Under the pieces are notes generated by a model. It was not told the DNA's origin, did no database searches, and worked only from the letters and a program-made list of their open reading frames with translations. A stretch of 64,000 bases of DNA from Torpedo marmorata (Eukaryota), in the NCBI GenBank assembly GCA_977017645.1, contig OZ360252.1, positions 21,886,001-21,950,000 on the forward strand, written 5' to 3'. The position numbers and the translations under genes are program-made. The first letter of the stretch is position 1. Each line of letters starts with the position of its first letter. Positions 13,204-24,400 of the stretch are shown here, piece by piece.

Positions 13204-13357
13204 CTTCTATCAGTTCACACTTCTATCAGTTCACACTTCTATCAGTTCACCCTTCTATCAGTTCACCCTTCTATCAGTTCACCCTTCTATCAGTTCACCC
13301 TTCTATCAGTTCACCCTTCTATCAGTTCACCCTTCTATCAGTTCACCCTTCTATCAG
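13204..13357. repeat. 16-bp minisatellite (cttctatcagttcac[a/c]) x~10
   Basis: unit starts at 13204, 13220 ... 13348; embedded in an antisense CR1 fragment. Confidence 0.95.
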
Positions 13358-13791
13358 CTTCCCTCTGGGATAAGCAAGCCCAGCTGATCCGATCTCTCCC
13401 CCAACCTCATGAGGCACTGTTCTCGGAGGGCCACCCTGCTCTTGTATTCTCCGCCTGGGCTAATAGAGGCGGGTATCCCAATTTCCCTCCTTGCGTACTT
13501 GTCCCTCTATCTTCCAGGACCAGTAAAAGACCACTTGTAGATCCCTCTGCTCCTCTACGCTCATTAGTATCTCATCAATAATGATGCCCTGGTGACTGAC
13601 CTCCCCAAGTGTGTTCCCTCTCGCTTCTCCAGGCTGTCCTCCACTTGCTTCCTGCCTGCCCGACAAGCCCTCCTCCAGCCTCAACTCTCACCCACTCTCC
13701 TGTTGCTGGTGTCATCGGCCAGTATCTCATCAAGGCCTTGGACGGAAACTATGGAGAAAGCAGGGGTCAATGGTAACAAGGTCAAAGGCAT

Positions 13792-14023
13792 TAGCCTGAA
13801 TACGACTGGGATTGTCTGATCTCGGAAGCTAAGCAGGCACAGGACTGGTCAGTACTTGGAGGGGAGACTGCCTAGGAACACCAGGTGCTGTAGGTTTCTG
13901 TGAGGGGCGCTGGACAAAGTAGCGACCCTCTGTCTGCCTTACAGTAGACAAAAATTAAACAATTTCATGTATGTTACATTCTAAATGTAGTTTTACGTGA
14001 CAATAATGGAACCTTTACCTTTA
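13792..14023 (+). mobile_element. 5S rRNA-derived SINE (SINE3-like), copy 1
   Basis: gtctgatctcggaagctaagcagg...cagtacttggaggggagactgcctaggaacaccaggtgctgtaggttt matches 5S rRNA; followed by a ~125-bp non-5S tail ending gtgacaataatggaacctttaccttt. Confidence 0.88.
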
Positions 14024-14399
14024 GAACATAGAACAGTCCAGCACAGTACAGGCCCTTTGCCCCATGATGTTGTGCCGACCTATGTAACCCCCTACTCCAC
14101 AACAATCTTATCCTTCCCGACCCCTCACCCATAACCCTCTACAGTATTTTTCTGGCATCCATGTGCCCGTCTAAGAGTCTTTAAAATGTCCGTATTGTAC
14201 CAGCCTCCACCACCAACCCCTGGGAATGCATTCCAGGCACTCACTACTACTCTCTGTGTGGTGGGGGGTGGAATCCCTGACGTCTCCCTTAAACTTTCCT
14301 CCACTCACCTTCAACGGTTATGGGCAGTGAGCATGCATTTCTGACCGTTTCAGTGGCAGTGCCAAGAGTTTCCCTTCATTGAGTTGTGAAGGGTTGGAG

Positions 14400-14870
14400 A
14401 GAACCCTCACCACCCAGGCCATGCCCTCTTCTCACTGCTACCATCGGGAAGGAGGTACAGGAGCCTGAAGACGAACACCCAGCGGCACAAGGACAGCTTC
14501 CTCCCCTCTGCCATCAGATTTCTGAATGGACAACGAACCACAGACACTGCCTCATTTTTTCTTTTTGCATTACGTTTTTTTTTTTTCTCTTGTATTTACG
14601 CAATTGTATCTTTATATTTATTTCTGCACTTTTTTCTGCACCATACCTGCGGCCGTAAAACAACAAATTTCATGAGGGGAGTGAAACACGAAAGTCTGCA
14701 GACGCTGTGATTGTAGTAAAAACGCAGAAATGCTGGAGGAACTCAGCAGGTCTCGTAGCGTCCATAGGAGGTAAAGTTGTACATCTTTACCTCCTCTGGA
14801 CGCTGCGAGACCTGCTGAACAAATTTCATGACACATATTCATGACAATAAACCTGATTCTGATTCTACTT
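14400..14870 (+). mobile_element. Rex1/Babar LINE 3' fragment with a Penelope-end insertion (14676-14817)
   Basis: HHPGHAL..LLPSGRRYRSLK-type coding; tail aatttcatgac...gacaataaacctgattctgattct; insertion has 14-bp TSD aacaaatttcatga. Confidence 0.82.
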
Positions 14871-14897
14871 CTCATTGTTGTTGCTTTCTTCCTTCAG

Positions 14898-14976
14898 AGA
14901 CTTCATTGTGAGGGACTTCACAGTGTTCACCTACGGAGATAACGGACACCTCATCTCATCTCAGCCGGACGTTCAG
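14898..14976 (+). CDS. ADAM9: ADAM9-like coding exon, prodomain (DFIVRDFTVFTYGDNGHLISSQPDVQ)
   Basis: ccttcag acceptor and gtatgt donor; 79 bp, phase 2 to 0; peptide resembles ADAM9 DLLPEDFVVYTYNKEGTLITDHPNIQ. Confidence 0.9.
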
Positions 14977-15279
14977 GTATGTAATGAGATGGCAACGGTT
15001 AGTTTGCCCTATAAAGTGGATTACCTGCAGAACCTGCTTGCAGCTTTGAGATTTGCACCTGGGTACGATTCCAACTTGGGCCGCTTCTCTTAAAGACCTC
15101 TCCTTGCTCCGGTTGAGGGGGTTGGGTGTCGGCAAGCTGCATGAGTTGAGGGGAGCTGTCGACCTGTGAGCTAAGAAGGGTGGGGAAGGTCATTGTTCTG
15201 TACGGGTGAGTGGGCGGCTTTGTCTCCGCAGTGTACCAGCAGCGTGATGGTCAGCCTAGGTCCCCGCTTCGGCAGCGGA

Positions 15280-15845
15280 TCCTGAATCAGAGTTTATTGT
15301 CATGAACATGTCACGAAATTTGTTATTTTGCGGCAACATCACAGTGCAAACATTTCTATAAACCACATTTCAAAATAAAATTTAAAAAATAGTGCAAGAG
15401 AAAGAAAAAGACAAAGTAAGGCAGTGTCTGTGGTTCATTGTTCATTCAGGAATCTGATGGCAGCGGGGAAGAAGCTGTCCTTGTGCCGCTGAGTGCTCGT
15501 CTTTAGGCTCCTGTACCTTTTTCCTGATGGTAGCAGTGTGAAGAGGGCACGGCCTGGGTGGTGGGGGTCCTTGAGGATAGAGGCTGCTTTCTTAAGACAC
15601 TGCCTCTTGTAGATGTCCTCGATGGAGTGAAGTCTGGTGCCCGTGATGTCACAGGCCGAGTTTAACAACCCTCTGGAGTTTTTTTTCCTGTCCTTAACGT
15701 TGGCACCTCCGTACCAGACAGTGATGCAACCAGCCAGAATGCTCTCCACGGTACACCTGTACATGTTTTCGAGGGTCTTCGGTGACATACCGAATCTCCT
15801 CAAACTCCTCACAAAGTATAGCCACTGGCGAACCTTCTTCGTGAT
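15280..15845 (-). mobile_element. Rex1/Babar LINE 3' fragment
   Basis: ORF 15435-15812 is highly similar to the C-terminus of the 412-aa ORF. Confidence 0.9.
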
Positions 15846-16953
15846 CCTGTCCCAGAGACCACGAGATTTTGTGCTCCTGAGGTGGAGAGGGGGGAGGCCT
15901 GGAGAGCCAATGTTTGTAGATTTGGTAGGGGGTCATTGGGGGGGGGGGGGGAGGTAAGGGTTTACCCTATGGTTGGGGTGGCACAGTTAGTAGAGTTACT
16001 ACCCCACCACCTTGCTTCGATCTGACCGCGGGTGCTGTCTTTGTGGGGTTTGCACGTTCCCCTGTGACCACCTGGGTTTCCTCTGCGAGTTCCAGTTTCG
16101 TTCCTCATCCCACAATGTGTGGGGAAGCTTAATTACCCCCAGTATGTCGGCAAGTGGTAGAATCCGAACAGAAGTGATGGGAATGAGAGGAAAATAAAAA
16201 CAATGGGATTTGTGTCAATGTGTGGTCAGCGTGACGGCCCGATTTCCATACCTTGTCTCTCTCTATATTACACCTGGTGATACTGGAAAGGCACGAAACA
16301 GTTTTCGCCAGGGGGTTGATCTAAGATGGATATAAAAACTGAAGCAGCAGCCTTATCAAAAGGATTCGAAGTGGGGAAGGTGCGTCTTGGAAGGGAACTT
16401 GGAGTGTGTCAGCCTTTGTAAGGGGACAATTTGGTTAGCACTGTTGCTGCCATCTACTGATGATGGGATGTGGGTTTGGGTAAGGGGGGGGTTGAAATAG
16501 AGGGCAACACTATTACAGCGCCAGCCACCCGGATTTGAATCCGGTGCTGTCCGTGAGGAGTTTGCACGTTCTCCCTGTGTCTGCGTGGCTTTCCTCCGGG
16601 TGTTCCTCTTTCCTCCCACGTTCCAAAGACGTACGGGGTCAGAAGGTTAATTGGATGAATTTGGGCAGCACGGGCTCGTGGGCCGGAAGGGCCTGTTACC
16701 GTGCTGTAACTCTTTTTTTAAAAACAAACAAACTCAAAAATCCTCCTGTCCTGGTACCACCCTCATGAATCTTTTCTTCACTCTTTCCAGTTCAATGATA
16801 TCCTTCTAATAGCTGTAGTGCTGAGGTAAAAAGGAGCAGACCTGAGGGAGTGAATGGACACCCTCTGCTTTGACTTCATGTGATGCTGGGAGTTTGAGAA
16901 ATGGCGCCCGCTGATTTAGGTGTTTTTCCTGAGGTTTCTTTTTGCTCCTGCAG

Positions 16954-17030
16954 GACCACTGCCATTTCCAAGGATTTGTGGAAGGGGTGGAGAATTCCAT
17001 GGTTGCCGTTAGCACGTGTGACGGGCTCAG
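16954..17030 (+). CDS. ADAM9: ADAM9-like coding exon, prodomain (DHCHFQGFVEGVENSMVAVSTCDGLR)
   Basis: ctcctgcag acceptor, gtaacg donor; 77 bp, phase 0 to 2; ADAM prodomain HCxY/FxGxV...STCxGLRG motif; not in the ORF track. Confidence 0.93.
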
Positions 17031-17204
17031 GTAACGTGTGGCGATCTCAAGAGACGTGTACCGTGTGACGATCTCAGGTGACCTCCGCGTTGCTTCCCGT
17101 CTGTGAGGGTGACGACTGCCTTTGTGCAGGGGACTGTGTGAGGGGATCGGTGCCGAAGGGCCTGTTTCTGTGCTGTGACGTTCCATTGCTCTATGGTTCA
17201 TCAG

Positions 17205-17715
17205 TGAACAGTTTGGGGCTCCTCATTTAAGAAAGGATGTGCTGACGTTAGAGAGAGTTCAGAGGAGGTTCACAAGGATGATTCCGGGAATAAAAGGGTT
17301 ATCGTATGAGGAGCGTTTGACAGCTCCTGGCCTGTACCTGTTGGAATTTAGGAGAATGAGGGGAGATCTCATTGAAACATTTCGAATGTTGAAAGGCGTG
17401 GACAGAGTAGATGTAGAAAGGTCGTTTCCCCACGGTGGGAAAGTCTAGGACAAGGGGGCACAACTTCAGGATTGAAGGGCATCCGCTTAGAACAGAGATG
17501 CAGAGGAATTTCTTCAGCCAGAGGGTGAGAATTTGTGGAGGCCAGGTCATTGGGTGTATTTAAGACAGAGATTGATAGGTTCTTGATTAGCCAGGGCATC
17601 AAAAGGTTATGGAGAGAAGGCCGGATAGTGGAGCTGAGTGGGAAATTGGATCAGCTCATGATTAATTGGTGGGGTAGATTCGATGGGCTTACTTCTGCTC
17701 CAATGTCTAATGTTA
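17205..17715 (+). mobile_element. CR1 LINE 3' fragment
   Basis: LERVQRRFTRMIPG...RRMRGDLIETF. Confidence 0.88.
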
Positions 17716-17779
17716 TCTACTGCCATGATTTGCTGTCGATGATGAGAGTTTATTGTCATATGCACAAGTACAATGTATA

Positions 17780-19186
17780 GATCCTCTCATTGCGGCAGTC
17801 AACGGTTCCCACCTGCTTCAAAAGGGCATCAATCATCCCGGTACCCAAGAAGAGTAGTGTGAGCTGCCTCAACGACTACCGCCCAGTCGCACTAACTTCT
17901 ACTGTGATGAATTGCTTTGAGAGGCTGGTCATGGCCAGAATTAACACATACCTAAGCAAAGATCTGGACCCACTGCAATTCGCCTATCGCCAGAACCGCT
18001 CCACAGCAGATGCAATATCGCTGGCTCTCCACTCAGCTCTGGATCACCTCGAAAACAGCAATTCATACATACGGTTGCTCTTCATCGACTACAGCTCAGC
18101 CTTCAATACCATTATTCCCTCAGTGCTGGTCAAGAAGCTACAAACTCTAGGCCTCTGTACCCGCCTCTGCAACTGGATCCTTGACTTTCTCATCGGAAGA
18201 CCACAGACAGTACGAATTGGAAACAACGTCTCCTCCTCACTGATTATCAACACAGGCGCACCCCAAGGATGCGTGCTTAGACCACTGCTCTACTCGTTAT
18301 ACACTCATGACTGTGTGGCCAGGCACAATTCCAATGCCATATACAAGTTTGCCGATGACACCACAGTTGTCGGCAGAATCACAAACGGCAATGAGGAAGC
18401 GTACAGGAGGGAGATAGATCAGCTCGTTGAATGGTGTAATGACAACAACCTTGAGCTCAACGTCAGCAAAACCAAGGAGATGATTGTGGACTTCCGGAGG
18501 AAGTCAGGGGAACACGACCCAGTCCTCATCGAGGGCTCAGTCGTGGAGAGGGTCAAGAACTTCAAATTCCTGGGTGTCAACATCTCCGAGGATCTGTCCT
18601 GGAGCATCCACGTGGATGCAATCACAAAGAAGGCTCGTCAGCGGCTATATTTTGTGAGGTGTTTGCGGAGATTCGGTATGTCACCAAAGACTCTCGTAAA
18701 CTTCTACAGGTTTACCGTGGAGAGCATTCTGGTTGGTTGCATCACTGCCTGGTATGGTGGCGCCAACACCCAGGACAAGAGTAAACTCCAGAAGGTTGTT
18801 AACTCGGCCTGTGACATCACAGGCACCAAACTTCACTCCATTGAGGACATCTACATGAGGCGGTGTCTTAAAAAAGCAGCCTCTATCCTCAAGGACCCCC
18901 ACCACCCAGGCCATGCCCTCTTCACTCTGCTTCCATCGGGAAAAAGGTACAGGAGCCTAAAGACGTGCACTCAACGGCACAAGGACAGCTTCTTCCCCGC
19001 TGCCATCAGATTCCTGAATAATCAATGAACCAAAGACACTACCTTACTTTTCGTGCACTATTGTTTATAATTTTTTATAGTAATGTCGTTAGAATGGTTA
19101 ATATGAATGTTAATTGCACTATGATGCTGCCGCAAAACACCGAATTTCATGACTTGTTCATGACAATAAATTCTGATTCTGATTCT
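17780..19186 (+). mobile_element. 5'-truncated Rex1/Babar LINE with an uninterrupted 412-aa RT ORF (17790-19028)
   Basis: [44 protein letters not shown] motifs; 3' tail gacaataaa followed by (ttctga)n. Confidence 0.95.
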
Positions 19187-19449
19187 TGCTGCGGCTACAC
19201 AGGTACATAAGATACACTAACAAAAAATAAATTACCACACAAGAGAAAAAATATATGATAACTATAAAAGGATAGATAAATATTCCCAGTTGCAGTGAGT
19301 GCAAAAAAAATGTAAGGTTACTTTAGTGCAGACAGGTCTTTGGTGGCCCTGGAGTAATGTTATGGGGAGGTTCGAGAGCTTGATAGCTCTTGGGGTCGCT
19401 GTTATTGTGGTAAATTTAATTTTAAAAAAAAATATAACATTTTTAAAAA

Positions 19450-19695
19450 TAAATTTAAATTTAGACATACAGCACGGTAACAGGCCATTTCAGCCCACGA
19501 GTCCGTGCCACCCAGTTAACCTACACCCCCAGTACGTTTCGAACAGTGGGAGGAAACCGGAGCCCCCGGGGAAAATCCACGCAGACACGGGGAGAACGTA
19601 CAAACTCCTCACAGACAGCGCAGGATTCGAACCTCGGGCCCGATCGCTGGCGCTGTAAAGGCGTTGCGCTAACCGCTACGCCAACCGTGCCGCCC
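19450..19695 (-). mobile_element. tRNA-derived V-SINE (HE1-like), full length
   Basis: head with ggttcgaatcc B box, V-domain and gtctaaattta tail on the minus strand. Confidence 0.88.
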
Positions 19696-20482
19696 CTACG
19701 CATTTATGTGCCATAAATGCACACAATTGTTGGAGAAACTCAGCAGGTTCCACTGCCTCCAGAAGATGCAAAGATATATAACCAGCGTTTTGGGCCTGAG
19801 CCCTTCGTCAAGGGAAAGTGAAAAATGAAAATAAATGTTCTCAAAATTAAATATGCTGCACAACTTCACAAAAGCTTTTGGAACTTCTTGAGTGTCTTTG
19901 ATGGGAGCTGTTCAGAGATTTAAATAATGTTAAAAAGCAGCCAAAATAAAGACGTTGAAATAATTCGCCCATTACCCTGAGTGCCGTTTTCCAAAGGCTC
20001 GGAGACTACCCGAAGGAGTAGCTGCTCACATCGCAGGGCCTCCTGAGGCGAGGCGGATCTCACCGTCCTCACTCTCTGCCACCATGTTCGGAGGCCGGTC
20101 GAGTGCCGAGTGGGAGGTCCCGAGCGCCGGCTTCTGACCACCTGCTCCTCTCGCGCTTGGCCATTGAAATCCGGAAGGAGCTGAGCGCAGGAGGTTGCCC
20201 ATTGGTCAGCTCAGTTCCACCGCTGACTGTCGTGTGCTGAATCTGGAAGCGGAGCATATATCAGAACATCCACGTAAACATTGATAGAAATTAGTCTTTG
20301 TACATCCTTTAAAAAATATCGTCGGAAAAGTATGATAATAAGTTTATTGTCATATGCAGTGTGCATATACACCGAAATTCCTACAATTTGCAGCTGAACA
20401 GGTACTTTGCTTTTTTGAAAACAGTTCCATACAACTAAAAAATACAACTACATACTAAATAATTGAATTAAAAAGACAAATT

Positions 20483-21136
20483 CTGTAAATGCCATCGTAT
20501 TGGACGACTCTGTGTAGGACGACCCCTGAATTTCCACTTAAAATGTTGGTTTTGAGCGATACCCTTTGTATAAGATGACTTCCCCCCAAATCTGGCTCTT
20601 AAAGCTGACCAGTGGATGCTGTTAAAAGCAAATCGCAATATTTTAATATCAAATTACCCTGTAAATCAGGGGTGGCCAACCTTTTAATGTGGACATACAG
20701 CATGGTAACAGGCCATTTCAGCCCACTAATCCGTGCCGCCCAATTAACCTACACCACCGGTACGTACTCATGGGCCGAAATGGGCTGTTACCGTGCTGTA
20801 TGGCTAAATTAAAAATTTGGCCACCCCTTCTGAAAAGGTTTCAATTTTATAAGCATATTTTAAAATAAACCACCGTCGGCTCCTGTAACAGTGCGTTTTA
20901 AGCCTGTGCAGAGACGACGGCAGTCGGAGTGGGCGGATGGACACCGCGGAGGAGTGCTGAGACGTCGTTGATAACTAACAGGGCATGCGCAAGATTGCGT
21001 TGGAGCCGGCGGGAAGATGGCAGCGGTGTTGAGTCTTCTCTGTCAAGGTTCGAATTTTAGACCCGGCGTATAAGACGACCCGATTTTGAGGTGACATTTT
21101 TAAGTTTCGGATTGTCCTATACGCCGGCATATTCGG
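20483..21136. mobile_element. Degenerate TcMar (Tc2/pogo-like) MITE containing a hAT-TIR pair and a SINE fragment
   Basis: imperfect TIRs ctgtaaatgccatcgtattggac / gtcctatacgccggcatattcgg|ta; internal gtataagacgac repeats; caggggtggccaa...ttggccacccc at about 20668-20827. Confidence 0.6.
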
Positions 21137-21435
21137 TACATAAAAAGTATAGATATTCACAGTTATCCTAGTGCCAATAAAAGTGGCTTGACAATAGCAC
21201 AGACAGTTCTTTTGGGGTGTCAGAGCAGTCCTTGATTCGCGTAACAAGGAGAGGTTCAACAGCCTGATAACTGTTGGGAAGAAACTGTTCGGGTGTGGCT
21301 GTTTTGGCGATGGTCTTTAGATGTCCAACTTGCCAGGATCAATGTGACCTGAGAGGTGCTGGCCTTCAGGCTTCTGTACCCTCTGCCCGAAGGTAGCAGT
21401 GAGAAGTGGTTCTTAATGATGTTGGCTGCCTTCTT

Positions 21436-24400
21436 TTTTCAAAAAAAAATATTTTATTTAAAATTTTAAATCACAAAATACATAAAGTAAAATATGAAAT
21501 TATCAAAATACTTGTGATACATTTTCACCCCTCCTCCCTCCCTCCCCTCCCTAACCCTCCCATCCCTACTAATCTACTAAAATAAAAAGAAAAAGAAAAG
21601 AAAAAGATAGAATAAGGAGAATGTCAATCTTAAAAAAAAAAAACATCTATAACTAATTTTATTATGGAAGATAGGTTCGCCAGTCAGATCCGATGTCCAG
21701 AGATCATCAAATCCTCAAACCAACAACCTTCATATATGGGCTCCATATTTTCAAAAAGAAATGATATTTATTACGTAGATTATAAGTAATTTTTTCAAGT
21801 GGTATACATGAACGAAGTTCTGCATGCCATCTCTCTAACCCTAAATCTACATCAGATTTCCATGTAATAGCAATACATTTCTTAGAAACTGCTAAAGAAA
21901 TTCGCAAAAATTCTATTTGATACATATTTAATTTCATCTTAATACTAATTCTTTTAATATCTCCAAACAAAAATATCATTGGGTCCATTGGGAATGTAAT
22001 TTTTAATACTTTATCTAAAAACTTTTTAACTTTCAACCAAAAATCATAAACCTTTGGACAAAACCATGTAGAGTGTACAAAAGAACCTTCCTCTCTATTA
22101 CATCTAAAACATAAACCTGATAATGTCGCATGAAATTTCTTTAATTTTTTAGGCGTTAAATATAATTGATGAAAAAAATTATATTGAACTAATCTATATC
22201 TAACATTAATAATCTTCGTCATACTTAGTTTACATAATTCTTTCCAATGTTCTTCATCTATTGTTACATTCAAATCTGATTCCCATTTTAATCTTGATTT
22301 ATGAATTCCTACTTTAGGGATTTTCCTCTGAAACAGTCTATACATTTGAGAAATAAATTTATTTACACCTCCGTTAGTAACTAATAATTCTAGTTCACTC
22401 TGTCTTGGTAAAGTCAAACTATAGCCTAATTTCCCAACTAAAAATGCTCTAATTTGATAATAAGCAAAAAGTGTATTGTTCAATACATTAAACTTATCTT
22501 TCATTCTTTGAAAAGTAATAAATTTACCAGCTTCAAAACAATCATTTATTTTCTTAATTCCCTTTTGGATCCAAATTTTAAATAATTGATTATCAACAGT
22601 AAATGGAATAAGTTTATTTTGATATAAAGGCATTTTTCGAGAAATTAACCCTTTCCCTCCTATCTCACTATCCACTCTATTCCATATTTCTAACAAATGT
22701 CTAAAAATAGGAGAATTTTTCCCTCTTGTTAATAAAAATTTAGAATTCCATTTATAAATAACTTCTTTCAAATCTTCTCCTATATTATTTAATTCTATTC
22801 TAATCCAAGCAGAAGACTTGGCTAAATCAAACAATTCATTAACAAATTTTAATTGAGCTGCTTTATAATAATTTTGAAAATTAGGAAGTTGCAAACCACC
22901 CATTTCATATTTCCAAGTTAACTTCTCCATACCTACTCTAGCCAACTTTCCTTTCCACAAAAACTTCCTAATAATTAAATTTAAATCTTTAAAAAATTTC
23001 AAAGGGATTTCATAAGGAATTGATTGAAAAAGGTATTGAATTCTTGGAAAGACATTCATCTTAATACAATTTACCCTTCCTATTAAAATTATAGGTAAAT
23101 CCGTCCAACTTTCTAAATCTTTTTTAATTTTCATAAATAATGGTAAATAATTTAATTTATATAGATTAGTTAATTTTGTATCAATCTTTATTCCCAAATA
23201 GTTAATTCCTTCCTTTAACCATTTAAATTTTGTAATTTCTTTACATTTACTATAATCCCCTTGTGTTAATGCCATAATTTCACTTTTATCAGAATTAATC
23301 TTATAACCAGATATTTCCCCATATTCTCTCAATAAAACAGTCAATTGCATTAAAGAAGTAATCGGTTTTGTCATATAACTCAATACATCATCTGCAAATA
23401 AACTAATTTTATGCTCTTCTCTTCCAACTTTAATACCTACAATCTTAATATCTTGTCTAATTAATTCTGCCAAAGGTTCTATTGTTAAAATAAACAATCC
23501 TGGCGACAAAGGACATCCTTGTCTAGTTGATCTAGTCAAAGAAAATTTTGAAGAAATGTGTCCATTTGTCACCACTTTAGCAGATGGTTCTTTATATATA
23601 GTTTTAATCCAATTAATAAATGTAGTTCCAAAACCAAATTTCCCCAATACCTTAAATAAATAATTCCACTCTAATCTATCAAAAGCCTTTTCAGCATCTA
23701 ATGTTAATACTAATGCTAAATCCTCTTTCTTTTTTTCCACATTAATTAAACTAATTTATCTAGCTATATTATCCTTTGAATGTCTATTCTTAATAAAACC
23801 GGCTTGATCTACATGGATTAAATCTGGTAAATAATTAGCCACTCTATTTGCTAAAATTTTTGCCATTATCTTATAATCCACATTTAACAATGAAATTGGT
23901 CTATATGATTCTGTTTTCAACATATCTCTATCTTTTTTAGGTATAACTGTAATTATTGCATTCAAAAATGTTTCCGGTAACGAGTGAGTTTCCGTTATTT
24001 GTTTCAACACATCCATATATGGAGGTATCAATAAATCTTTAAACTCCTTATAAAATTCTGATGGGAAATCGTCTTCCCCTGGAGATTTACCACTCGTTAA
24101 AGAACTAAGAACATCGTTAACTTCCCTCAGAAAAAGACGAGTCTAAAAATTCTTTAATTTGAGTATTTAATCTAGGTATCTTAATTTTAGAATCATCTTC
24201 ATCCATCTGAGATTTATATAAATTCAAATAATAATCCTTAAAAGAATCATTTATTTCTCGAGGTTTATATGTTATTTTCTTAGAATTCTTTTTTATAGCA
24301 TTTATAGTTCTAGAAGTTTGATCTTTCTTTAGTTGCCACGCCAACACTTTATGTGCTCTTTCTCCCAATTCATAATATCTTTGCTTAGTTCTTTCAATAA

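Noticed and set aside
13792-13897. Functional 5S rRNA gene (also 39273-39380)
   Set aside because: 5' end missing, many substitutions, and both copies are fused to the same retroposon tail
1-14897. ADAM9 signal-peptide and first prodomain exons
   Set aside because: AG..GT candidates (e.g. 201-249 and about 5220-5260) do not translate to ADAM-like peptides; these exons are probably upstream of the window
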